Shown here piece by piece: positions 1 to 8,902 of a DNA stretch of 64,000 nucleotides (its first letter is position 1; every line of letters begins with the position of its first letter). A program made the position numbers and the translations under genes. The notes under the pieces are model-generated. The model was not told where the DNA came from. It made no database searches and worked only from the letters and a program-made list of their open reading frames with translations. The DNA is taken from NCBI GenBank assembly GCA_043808095.1, contig JAZDFF010000042.1, forward strand, positions 38,667 through 102,666, in the 5' to 3' direction. The DNA comes from Candidatus Omnitrophota bacterium (GTDB lineage: Bacteria; Omnitrophota; Gorgyraeia; JAZDFF01).

Positions 1-871
1 TCCTCAGGGCAACTTTCTCGCCGGAGTTAGAGGGCAATATTGAAACCCTGAAATCCACCTCCCGGTCTTCGAACTTTATCTTAAAACGTCCGTCCTGAGG
101 AAGCCGGTGCTCGGCGATATCCAGGCAGGAGATAACCTTTACACGCGATACAATTGGAGCATGCAAACTTTTAGGCGGGGCCTCTATTTCCTGTAAAACA
201 CCGTCGATCCTTATCCTGACCCGCAGGCTATTCTCCAGCGGCTCAATTAAAATATCCGAGGCCTTGGCTTCAATTCCCTGCCTTAGGAATACATCAGTAA
301 TCTTTATAACTGGCGCTTCCTGGGTCAACTGAGCTAATTCTTGGACATCTAAGGAATCCGGCTTTTCTTGCCTGATGATTTCTAGTTTTTCAGCGTCGGA
401 CATATTCGCAATAATCTCTTCGATGGCCTCATAAGGCGACTCTCCGTAATATTGATTGATGGTTTCTAAGACTTCGTCGGCCTTGCCGATAATCGGGTTT
501 ATCTCATATCCGGTAAGGGTCTTTACCGTGTCAATAGCGAATATATTTAAGGGGTCGGCCATAGCCAAAGTAAGGGTGTTGCCCATCTTCGAAACAGGTA
601 TGATCTGATACATCTTGGCGGTCTCGCGAGGAACCATCTTAATGACATCGGGGTCAATCTTAAACCGTGAAAGGTTTATAGGGGGCATGCCTAAGCCTTC
701 GCTTAAGGCGATAAGAAGATCTTTTTGGTTTATATAGCCTAACTTTACTAAGATATCACTAAGCCGGCCGCCTTGTTTTTTCTGAACCTCAATGGCTTGG
801 TTTAGTTTATCCTCGGTTATAAGATTATTCTTGATTAATATCTCTTTTAAACGGTCTCTTAGAGAAATCAT
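1..871 (-). CDS. PilB/GspE-family type IV pilus / type II secretion assembly ATPase, N-terminal ~290 aa (3' end runs off window start)
   Basis: Manual minus-strand translation from ATG at 871..869 gives MISLRDRLKEILIKNNLITEDKLNQAIEVQKKQGGRLSDILVKLGYINQKD..., which carries two tandem MshEN/T2SSE_N-like 24-residue motifs. Near position 1 the same frame gives ...VDFRVSILPSNSGEKVALR, which matches the start of the GspE ATPase core. It is absent from the ORF track only because it is truncated by the window edge. Confidence 0.75.
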   Translation of the reverse strand, partial: MISLRDRLKEILIKNNLITEDKLNQAIEVQKKQGGRLSDILVKLGYINQKDLLIALSEGLGMPPINLSRFKIDPDVIKMVPRETAKMYQIIPVSKMGNTLTLAMADPLNIFAIDTVKTLTGYEINPIIGKADEVLETINQYYGESPYEAIEEIIANMSDAEKLEIIRQEKPDSLDVQELAQLTQEAPVIKITDVFLRQGIEAKASDILIEPLENSLRVRIRIDGVLQEIEAPPKSLHAPIVSRVKVISCLDIAEHRLPQDGRFKIKFEDREVDFRVSILPSNSGEKVALR

Positions 872-876
872 ATTTT

Positions 877-1323
877 CTATGCCTTATAACACCTGTCTAT
901 GGCCTTTTTTATATCCGAGGCGGTAGAGACGAATATCTGTACTTTTGAACCAGTAATCATCTCGATATCTTCAATCGCATCACTATTTAGAGGATTGGAC
1001 ATGGCAAGAGTAATATTATTTCCCAGTTTATCAATACAGATTAAACAGTATTGACGCGCAATATTTTCATTGATGATACGAGCAGTATCATAGTCGATCT
1101 CATAATTTCCCAGAGGTAGATAGGGAAAACCGTATTGGGCGGTTAATGCATGAGCAATATCTTCTTCTTTGGCAAAACCAAGTTCAACTAATATCTCACC
1201 AATAAGGCCGCCCTTTTCCTTTTGCATCTCGAGGGCTTTCTCAAGCTGCTTCTGATTGATGATAGCTCTTTCAATCAACAGCTCCCCTAACTGTTTAGCC
1301 AGTATCTTTTTTAAAGGAGACAT
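877..1323 (-). CDS. stand-alone MshEN / T2SSE_N (GspE N-terminal) domain protein, 148 aa
   Basis: QLGELLIERAIINQKQLEKALEMQ-KEKGG-LIGEILVELGFAKEEDIAHALTAQ fits the tandem 24-residue xLGxxLLxxGxLxxxxLxxxLxxQ motif, with the 5-residue spacer, described for c-di-GMP-binding MshEN domains. Position 1 of each motif is Q/L rather than R. The stop (879..877) lies 5 nt upstream of the pilB-like ATG. Confidence 0.7.
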   Translation of the reverse strand: MSPLKKILAKQLGELLIERAIINQKQLEKALEMQKEKGGLIGEILVELGFAKEEDIAHALTAQYGFPYLPLGNYEIDYDTARIINENIARQYCLICIDKLGNNITLAMSNPLNSDAIEDIEMITGSKVQIFVSTASDIKKAIDRCYKA

Positions 1324-1359
1324 ATTTTAGAACATCTTTTGCACTAAAAACAGAGTTTT

Positions 1360-1480
1360 AATTACTAATTCCTAAATCCTAATGCCTAATTAATTCTTTA
1401 ATGTCCAATTTTAAATTAGTCATTTGAGAATTTATAAATTCATTAGTCATTTGTCATTAGGTATTAAGAATTTTACTTCT
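1360..1480. repeat. family K AT-rich repeat (TAATGCCTAATT / ATTAGTCATTT units)
   Basis: Shares units with 14770..14870 (TCTTAATGCCTAATTT...AATTAGGAATTAGGGCTTAGGCATTAGTCATTTAAT). Confidence 0.6.
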
Positions 1481-1489
1481 TATTTTATC

Positions 1490-2908
1490 TTAGGCCTTGA
1501 CCTGATTTTTACCGTGGGCCTTGGCCTCAGAAAGTAATTGTCTGGCCTTAACCATCAGATCTTGGACCGTTACCCCGTCTATAGGATTCTCGCTTACGCC
1601 GGAGCTGACTGTCAAGTGTTTGCGTACATCAGTATCTTCACCAAAAGCAAATTCAATCTTTTTTCTCACATCCTCAGCCATATCCTTGGCCTGACGCTTG
1701 TTCTTCTCGGGCAAAACAAAGGCAAATTCATTATCGCCAATTCTGCCCACCCGGTCTATCTCACTGGCTGATTCCTCAAATATGACTGCTATCTTTTTCA
1801 GGGCAGATTCGGAGGATAATTCTCCGAAAAGCGTATGGTATCTCCTGAAATCATCGGCATTGAATATCACAAATGCGCAAGGCCTCTGATAAACAATTGC
1901 CCTCTTGATCTCTTCGTCTAATCTCGCCAGGATGTAACGATCGTTGTATAAGCCTGTCAGGGGGTCTTTTATCTCAAGTTTTTCCACTTTGTGATGCAGG
2001 AATCCATCTTCAACGGCAATGGAAACTTGCTTAACAAAGATGTCAACCATCTCAATCTCTTCGGGCTTATAAACAAAATCCTCCAGGTCATTACCGATAC
2101 CCAAAATTCCGCAGACCTCTCCATGCCTTAATATGGGAGTAACGACGGTATTGACCATAGCAAAAGATTTGCGCCAGGCATCAACCTCCGCAGAAGGCTT
2201 CATTTGACTATCTACAATCATTCTTTCGTTCTTTATAGCCAATTTTCCCAAGACGCCTTCGCCAAAATTTATTTTAATGGACATCAATTCTTTCGAGGCA
2301 TCTCCGTATATTGAGCGCATGGTTAATACGTCACTACCCTCATCCCTTAAGAGTAAAAAACATAATTTGGATTGACCAACCTGGATAATTTTTTCCGCAG
2401 TCATTTTGAGAATCTCTATTAACTCTGTGCCCTGGGTAATCAGCGAACTGATCTGAAGTAAACTCGACATGACGACAACGCGCTTATGAATCTCCGTATT
2501 TATTTCTTTGGTGCGCTCGGAATAGGACTTTAATTCATCCATATTACCCCGGATGCGCTGGGTAAGTTGATCCAAGGAGCGGCCCAAATCACCAATCTCA
2601 TCATCTCTAACCAGCCTAATCTTGTGGTTAATATCACCTTTAGCAATCATCTGGGCGTCTGCGCTTATCCTTACGATGTGGTCCACGATTTGCTTGAGGA
2701 TAAAGAATCCTATTAAACCAATGATGATAGTTATAGCGCTTACCCAGAAGATATTTTTCTTAAGGCCAAAGCTCAGCCACTCTACAGTAGGGAATATTAA
2801 ATTTAGTAAAATGAGAATGGGAATTATAGATAAAAGCGAAATAGAGACTAAAAGCTTTACACGTAGTCCTCGCGAGGCAAAAGAGGAACCCCTGGCTTTC
2901 TTTAACAT
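1490..2908 (-). CDS. membrane-anchored HAMP-GAF-GGDEF protein with degenerate active-site motif (RIGDNEF instead of R[YF]GG[DE]EF)
   Basis: It has two N-terminal TM helices, a HAMP-like segment (IAKGDINHKIRLVRDDEIGDLGRSLDQL), a GAF-like middle region and a C-terminal GGDEF fold (DPLTGLYNDRY...RIGDNEFAFVLP). The catalytic GG[DE]EF is replaced by GDNEF, and I could not find an RxxD I-site. Confidence 0.8.
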   Translation of the reverse strand: MLKKARGSSFASRGLRVKLLVSISLLSIIPILILLNLIFPTVEWLSFGLKKNIFWVSAITIIIGLIGFFILKQIVDHIVRISADAQMIAKGDINHKIRLVRDDEIGDLGRSLDQLTQRIRGNMDELKSYSERTKEINTEIHKRVVVMSSLLQISSLITQGTELIEILKMTAEKIIQVGQSKLCFLLLRDEGSDVLTMRSIYGDASKELMSIKINFGEGVLGKLAIKNERMIVDSQMKPSAEVDAWRKSFAMVNTVVTPILRHGEVCGILGIGNDLEDFVYKPEEIEMVDIFVKQVSIAVEDGFLHHKVEKLEIKDPLTGLYNDRYILARLDEEIKRAIVYQRPCAFVIFNADDFRRYHTLFGELSSESALKKIAVIFEESASEIDRVGRIGDNEFAFVLPEKNKRQAKDMAEDVRKKIEFAFGEDTDVRKHLTVSSGVSENPIDGVTVQDLMVKARQLLSEAKAHGKNQVKA

Positions 2909-2982
2909 AGCTACCTCTCCTTTTTAATGAGTACATCACTTACGGAGATTTAGCGACGTAAGTGATAGGTACGAATTAAATC

Positions 2983-3005
2983 CTTGACATCAAAGATGTC
3001 AAGGA
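2983..3005. repeat. family J palindrome CCTTGACATC-nnn-GATGTCAAGG
   Basis: Perfect 10-bp stem, 3-nt loop. Second copy at 45228..45252. Confidence 0.85.
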
Positions 3006-3044
3006 TAACTTGTCGTATTTATAACTTATTATGATTAATATAAT

Positions 3045-4832
3045 CTATAATTCGTTTATTGTCAATGCTTTTTGCAGATCGCGTTGTAATTTATGCCTGT
3101 CTTGGCCAAGATCAATATGCTCCCAGGGCAAGATTTCATCAAAAGACCTCCTGCGAAGAGCATAAAAGAAAGGGTCTATTCCTTGCTTATTGAAAGCCTC
3201 CATCCACAACGGGAAATTGAAGTATTCCCTCCAGCTATCAAATTTAGCCCCTTCCTGGAAGGCATTTAATATTACCTTGGCAATCCTACGGTCCCCCCGA
3301 CAAAGAACCGCTTCTAGAAAACCCATTTGAAAATCATGGAATTTTAAATTCACTAGATGCGGCCTACTAGACCTTAGTCGGGATATAAGATATTTTTTTT
3401 TATTCTCGAGGCTGGTTAAACTATCCATCTCTTGCCACTGAAAAGGCGTATGGCTCTTTGGGATAAAACAAGATATGCTTACGTTTATTACGGCAAGATG
3501 GCCGTCAATTTCTTTTCTTAATCTGGATAGGGCTACGGCAAGGTCAATAATCCCGTCTAGATCTTTTTCATTTTCCGTAGGTAGCCCGAGCATAAAATAG
3601 AGTTTCAGGTGTCGGTATCCACAGACGAATGCCTGATGGCTTACCTTGACCAATTCATCTAGATCTACATTTTTATTAATGACCTTTCTTAAACGCTCGG
3701 TTCCTGCCTCAGGCGCAAAAGTCAGGCCGCTTTTTCTTACTTTTGCTAAAAGTGCGGTTATATCACTCAATGAGCTCCTTGGTTTCAAAGAAGGCAGTGA
3801 TATCCCCACATATTTATCCTGGAAAAACTCCATCAATTCCTTAATTATCTCTTTTAATTTGGGATGGTCGCTTGAAGAAAGCGAAAGTAAAGACATCTCT
3901 TCATATCCGGTACTATTGTAACAGTCTTTGGCAAGCCTTAAGACAGAGTTAACAGACCTAGGCCGAGCTGGCCGATAAAAACAAAAAGCCTGACAAAATC
4001 TACAGCCACCAGGACATCCCCGCATGATCTCAAGCGTGATACGGTCATGAACTATCTGGATAAAAGGAACCAGCCACCGGGTCGGAAAAAATGCCTTGTC
4101 TAGATCATGGACTATCCGACGGATTATCTTAGTGGGAACGCTTCTTTGTCTTGGTGAAAATTTTTTAATCCTGCCATCCTCATTATATTCTACCTCATAT
4201 AAAGACGGAACGTACACGCCCTTTATCTTGGCTGACTCAAGTAAAAGCTTATCTTTTCGAAGGACGAGAGATGAAAGACGTTGGACGGTAAACTCCTTAT
4301 ATTTCTCGACCACCTCTAAGATCAATTCCTCTGCCTCGCCAATACAAAAGAGGTCAATAAAATCCGCCAGCGGCTCAGGATTAAGACAACAACAACCTCC
4401 GGCAATAATCAAAGGATGCCTGCTATCCCTATCTTTAGAAAGAAGCGGTATGCCGGATAAATCCAGGATATTTAATAGATTTGTATAATTAAGTTCATAT
4501 TGTAGGGAAAAACCGATTATATCAAATTCAGATAACGGCGTGTGCGTCTCGAGGGAAAAAAGCGGGATTTTATCTTTTCGTAAGATCTCTTCTAAATCCG
4601 TGTCCGGGGAAAATACCCTTTCGCAGGCAATATCGGATTGCGCATTTAAAAGCCCGTAGAGGATGCGCAGCCCCAGATGGCTCATGCCTACCTCATACAA
4701 ATCCGGGTAGCATAGGGCTATTTTGACTTTAGCATTATGGTGGTCTTTTCTGCTTACATTGTATTCATTACCGAGGTATCTGGCGGGTCTTTTTACTTTA
4801 GAGATAATCTCTTCGAAGTTAGTTAAGTTCAT
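3045..4832 (-). CDS. B12-binding-domain radical SAM protein (TIGR03960-like)
   Basis: The radical SAM CxxxCxxC motif RGCPGGCRFCQA is present, and the N-terminal region resembles a B12-binding Rossmann-like domain. Length is 595 aa. Confidence 0.75.
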   Translation of the reverse strand: MNLTNFEEIISKVKRPARYLGNEYNVSRKDHHNAKVKIALCYPDLYEVGMSHLGLRILYGLLNAQSDIACERVFSPDTDLEEILRKDKIPLFSLETHTPLSEFDIIGFSLQYELNYTNLLNILDLSGIPLLSKDRDSRHPLIIAGGCCCLNPEPLADFIDLFCIGEAEELILEVVEKYKEFTVQRLSSLVLRKDKLLLESAKIKGVYVPSLYEVEYNEDGRIKKFSPRQRSVPTKIIRRIVHDLDKAFFPTRWLVPFIQIVHDRITLEIMRGCPGGCRFCQAFCFYRPARPRSVNSVLRLAKDCYNSTGYEEMSLLSLSSSDHPKLKEIIKELMEFFQDKYVGISLPSLKPRSSLSDITALLAKVRKSGLTFAPEAGTERLRKVINKNVDLDELVKVSHQAFVCGYRHLKLYFMLGLPTENEKDLDGIIDLAVALSRLRKEIDGHLAVINVSISCFIPKSHTPFQWQEMDSLTSLENKKKYLISRLRSSRPHLVNLKFHDFQMGFLEAVLCRGDRRIAKVILNAFQEGAKFDSWREYFNFPLWMEAFNKQGIDPFFYALRRRSFDEILPWEHIDLGQDRHKLQRDLQKALTINEL

Positions 4833-5014
4833 GAATTATTTTACAACAAAAATGACTAAATTTATGTTAAATGAGGTTAAATAAAGTTAATTGAGGTTGT
4901 ATAAGGTTGCTTTTAAAAAAGCAACATCAGGAAACTTCATACAACATCAGATAACCTCATATAACCTTAAGGTAACAGAGTAAAATTCGCCTTGCTTATG
5001 TCTTGTGGCATTGC

Positions 5015-6133
5015 TCAGAAGACTATCTTCCTTCTGCCGATATTTAAGATTATCCCCAGATATAAAAAAGTAATAAATATGGATGAGCCGCCATAGCTCA
5101 TTAAAGGCAAGGCCAAACCTACAACCGGCATCATCCCCATGGTCATAGCGATATTGACCACTATCTGAAAAGTCAAAAGGCTGATAATGCCCGCGAGGAT
5201 TAATTGAGCGAAAGCATCATTTGTAGACTTATAAACTTCTACTACACGGTAAATAATAAAGAAATATAACAAGATAATAAGGCTGGCACCTAAAAATCCG
5301 AACTCCTCCCCTATTACCGAAAAAATAAAATCAGTATGACGTTCAGGTAAAAAATTAAGTTGATTCTGAGTCCCAGCCAGCCACCCTTTTCCCAGAAAAC
5401 CTCCCGAACCTATGGCAATCTTAGACTGGATAATAGTATAACCTGCACCAAGGGGGTCAAGATTAGGATTTAAAAAAACGAGCAACCTGGCTTTTTGATA
5501 CCCCTTTAATAGATGTAATAAAATCGGTGCTCCCCCTATTCCTATCACAAACATTGAAAAAATATATCTTAAATTTATGCCAGCAATTAAGAGCATCGCA
5601 AAGAATACTGGTATTAAACTTAAGGCGGCTCCGAGATGCGGTTCCTTAAATATCAAAAACATTGGTAAAATCAAAATCATCGATGGAAAAATCAGGTCTC
5701 TGAAAATTGGGACGCTAAATAAACTGTTTGAGTAGAAATGCATATCGAGCCTCTTTTTAGAAAAATGCTTTGCCAGGACTAAGATTACGGACAGCCTTGC
5801 CAGTTCAGAAGGCTGAAAATTTAATCCTAAAATATCCAGCCAGCGCTGTGCGCCTTGCCGGGGTCGAGCTACCACCAAGACCAAGATGAGAAGAATGCAA
5901 CTCAATATATAAAACCACCAGGCTAAGTCATTGAATCTGCGATAATTAAAATTCATCATTAATACGAGAAAAATTATGCCGATACTTAACCAAATGACTT
6001 GTCTGGTGAGAAAATCATTCTGAAACGAATGACCCACCTCGTTGGTGCTGCTGTAAATAGCCAATAGGCTAATGACCGAGATAAGTAAAACCGAAATTAA
6101 TATTCCGAAATCTAGATTGCCTCTTGCGCGCAT
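5015..6133 (-). CDS. rodA: peptidoglycan glycosyltransferase RodA (FtsW/RodA/SpoVE family)
   Basis: Polytopic membrane protein with SEDS signatures (GSGGFLGKGW, PERHTDFIFSVIGEEFGF). It lies downstream of mrdA in the mre cluster. Confidence 0.9.
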   Translation of the reverse strand: MRARGNLDFGILISVLLISVISLLAIYSSTNEVGHSFQNDFLTRQVIWLSIGIIFLVLMMNFNYRRFNDLAWWFYILSCILLILVLVVARPRQGAQRWLDILGLNFQPSELARLSVILVLAKHFSKKRLDMHFYSNSLFSVPIFRDLIFPSMILILPMFLIFKEPHLGAALSLIPVFFAMLLIAGINLRYIFSMFVIGIGGAPILLHLLKGYQKARLLVFLNPNLDPLGAGYTIIQSKIAIGSGGFLGKGWLAGTQNQLNFLPERHTDFIFSVIGEEFGFLGASLIILLYFFIIYRVVEVYKSTNDAFAQLILAGIISLLTFQIVVNIAMTMGMMPVVGLALPLMSYGGSSIFITFLYLGIILNIGRRKIVF

Positions 6134-6207
6134 AATTTTACTTAGAACCCTTTGTTTACAGTTTAAACTCTAAGCACTAAACTCTTCCCGCACAACTTGT
6201 AAAATAT

Positions 6208-6235
6208 GGCGGGATCCCGCAAAGCGGGAAAATCC
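6208..6235. repeat. REP-like palindrome family A (GCGGGATCCCGCAAAGCGGGAAAAT)
   Basis: Also at 21654..21678 (inverted), 22509..22538 and 38087..38115 (variant). A degenerate copy is at 36665..36715. Confidence 0.85.
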
Positions 6236-6423
6236 TAAACAATTTGTACTATTCAAAAGTCGAGTTAACAGTTTGAAGCTCGGTTTTTCGGTATGGATGC
6301 TCGTATCGATGCTCGTCTTGGAAACTCGTCTTATGTTTTATCTAGCTTCGAGCATCTAGCTTCGATATCCTTAGATTGTACTCAAGATACCGTCCTGAGC
6401 CTGTCGAAGGACGATACCAGCAT

Positions 6424-6514
6424 CCCTGCCTCACCGGCCCTTAGGAATTTTACATTGTAAAATTCCAAGGACTAAGTCCCGGAAATTCTCCGAATTTCTC
6501 GGGGCAGGCAGGGA
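6424..6514. repeat. ~90-nt palindromic repeat element (family C), copy 1, inverted relative to copies 2 and 3
   Basis: Near-identical to 30260..30355 and 49429..49517. Core CCGAGAAATTCGGAGAATTTCCGGGACTTAGTCCTTGGAATTTTACAATGTAAAATTCCTAAGGGCC, bracketed by CCTGCCTG.../...CAGGCAGG arms. Confidence 0.9.
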
Positions 6515-6671
6515 CAACCTAAGACGAATATCGACACCTTGGCTGTTGTGATATAGATTGTAAACACATCTCTTGAATTATACACGTAGTCGAACCATTA
6601 GGATTTCGGCACTTCGACTTTGCTCAGTGCCGATGGTGAGCGAAGTCGAACCATCGGATTTAGGATTTTAA

Positions 6672-8393
6672 CTAATTCGCTATAAACCCGCCTTTAATCA
6701 TCTCTTCAATTAACTGTCGGGATAAGGTGACTGCCGCTTGGCTGCCTCCGCCGTGCTCTAATAAAACTACAAAGACATACCGAGGATTCTCAAAAGGGAA
6801 AAAACCCGAAAACCAGGCATGAGGTTTTCCGGAACCTACCTGGGCAGTTGCGGTTTTTCCGGCGATCTTTAGATTATCAAACTTCAGGCAATTTGCTGTC
6901 CCCCGGGAATCCTCGACCACCCTTAATAAGCCGCTTTTTACCGTCGCCAATATACTCTTATCGAGGCCAAGGTTTATTGGTAGTGGCCGGACTAAGGCCT
7001 TGTTATCTACAGTCCTTATTATATGAGGCGTGATTAAATACCCGCCGTTAGCCACAACTGCTATCATCCTCACCATCTGGAGGGGACTAACTAAGACCTC
7101 ACCCTGACCAATGGAAAGATTGGCAGTATCACCATCATACCAATGCTCACCTCGGCTTGATAGCCTCCATCTTCGGGAAGGTATAAATCCGCTGGATTCA
7201 TTTGGTAGCTCAATTCCCGTAGGCCGACCAAATCCTAGTTTTGTGGCCCAATTATAAATAGCGTCCGGGCCGGCCAAAATACCCAACCGGTAAAAAAAGG
7301 CATTGCAGGAGTGGCACAAGGCATCTTCTATATTCTCATCGCCATGCACCGACCAACAGGAAAATTTCCTCTGACCAACAATCAAACCGCCTGTACATAA
7401 AAAATTCGTATTTTTTGAAATCTTCTTTGTGCTTAATCCTGCGAGGGATGTAACTATTTTAAATAAAGAACCTGCACTGTAGCGGCCGCTTATGGCCCGG
7501 TTTAATAAAGGCGCATCAGAATTATTCAAAATCAGTCGGCGCCTGGCTAACGAATCCCGATTTTTCTGGCTAAAGATGTTGGGGTCAAAACCCGGAGAAC
7601 TAACCAGGCTCAATATCTCTGCGCTTGTCGGGTCCATAACAATAATTGCACCGGTTTTACCCTCAAGGAGATTGTAGCAGATACGCTCTAGGTCAAGATC
7701 AATAGTCAACTGCACATCTTTTCCTCTTTGAGGCAGTTTCGTACCCAAGACCCTGACTTGCCTTCCTAAATTGTCTACCTCAATCTGAGTACCTCCGCCT
7801 TCTGCGCGCAGATACGCATCTAATTTTTCCTCTATGCCATCGCAGCCCACCGTATCCTTAACTGAATAACCATAATTTTTTAATCTCGTAAGTTTAAAGG
7901 GGTCGATTTTACCAAGATATCCCAAGATATGGCTGGCTATCTTAAAATTAGGATAGGCACGCTGCGGATCTTGCTGGATGATAACGCCGTCCAACTCAAG
8001 ACTATTATTCTCTATGGCCACCGCCTCATCCCGGGAGATGTCTTGTTTTATCACTACTGGAGCAAAGGCAAGGCCGTACCCTTTTTGATATGCCTTGCTT
8101 AAATCAGACGGATCTTCAGCTAATATCTGGGCCAACCTTAAAAAAATATGATTTTTTTTGCTCAAACCCTGGGGGATCAAACTAAGATCAAAAGACATGC
8201 GGCTGGTTGCCAAAATCCTGCCTTTTCGGTCAAAGATATTGCCGCGCATTGCGCTCTGGGGAATAACGCGGATGGAGTTCTTGCGGCTAAGTTCTAAATA
8301 ATAGTGACTACGGATTACTTGGGTGTAAGATAGGCCCAGGAGCAGACTTAAAAAACAAATCAGGATGATTATCTCTAAAATTCTAAGACGCAT
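6672..8393 (-). CDS. mrdA: penicillin-binding protein 2 (elongasome transpeptidase)
   Basis: N-terminal TM helix, SxxK (SAGSLFK), SxN (SCN) and KTG (KTGTA) motifs. Sits between mreD and rodA. Confidence 0.9.
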   Translation of the reverse strand: MRLRILEIIILICFLSLLLGLSYTQVIRSHYYLELSRKNSIRVIPQSAMRGNIFDRKGRILATSRMSFDLSLIPQGLSKKNHIFLRLAQILAEDPSDLSKAYQKGYGLAFAPVVIKQDISRDEAVAIENNSLELDGVIIQQDPQRAYPNFKIASHILGYLGKIDPFKLTRLKNYGYSVKDTVGCDGIEEKLDAYLRAEGGGTQIEVDNLGRQVRVLGTKLPQRGKDVQLTIDLDLERICYNLLEGKTGAIIVMDPTSAEILSLVSSPGFDPNIFSQKNRDSLARRRLILNNSDAPLLNRAISGRYSAGSLFKIVTSLAGLSTKKISKNTNFLCTGGLIVGQRKFSCWSVHGDENIEDALCHSCNAFFYRLGILAGPDAIYNWATKLGFGRPTGIELPNESSGFIPSRRWRLSSRGEHWYDGDTANLSIGQGEVLVSPLQMVRMIAVVANGGYLITPHIIRTVDNKALVRPLPINLGLDKSILATVKSGLLRVVEDSRGTANCLKFDNLKIAGKTATAQVGSGKPHAWFSGFFPFENPRYVFVVLLEHGGGSQAAVTLSRQLIEEMIKGGFIAN

Positions 8394-8395
8394 GA

Positions 8396-8902
8396 TTATT
8401 TGAAAGAGATAAAAAGCGGCTGCCTGGCTACTGGCTTAAGCACCTTCTTCAAGACGACGAATATTAAAGGTAGGATAACAACAGTATAAATAGCCGAAGG
8501 CAATATGGTATAAACCAATGCCCTTAAAAAGATTAAATCTGTGTAGAATATCTTGAGAATGAAATAATGGGCGATTTCATAGATTAAAACCGATAATGAT
8601 CCAATAAGAATTTTGGAAGTCGTGGTTTCTTTATAGAGGTATTTATTAAGATAACCCAGGACTAAACCGAGCAGCCCGAGACTCAAGGTATTTATTCCGA
8701 ATAAATCGACACTTAAGAGATCCTCTAAAACCCCCGCCAGGCATCCGTAGAGACCCGCCTCCTGAGGGGGACAGTTAAGCCCAAGATAAATTATAAGTAT
8801 TATCGAAAGATTCGGCTTTATATTATTAAAAAACACACCCAAACCTAAGGCCTCAAGAAAGACGAAGACCACCAACAGGATAAATACTTTTAATCTATTC
8901 AT
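8396..8902 (-). CDS. mreD: rod shape-determining protein MreD
   Basis: Small polytopic membrane protein immediately downstream of mreC, overlapping its end by 8 nt. Confidence 0.75.
   Translation of the reverse strand: MNRLKVFILLVVFVFLEALGLGVFFNNIKPNLSIILIIYLGLNCPPQEAGLYGCLAGVLEDLLSVDLFGINTLSLGLLGLVLGYLNKYLYKETTTSKILIGSLSVLIYEIAHYFILKIFYTDLIFLRALVYTILPSAIYTVVILPLIFVVLKKVLKPVARQPLFISFK

Noticed and set aside
4900-4945. The hairpin TTGCTTTTAAAAAAGCAA downstream of rodA, considered as a terminator.
   Set aside because: The stem is entirely A/T with an A-run loop and no clear downstream U-tract on the coding strand. It is too weak to call.
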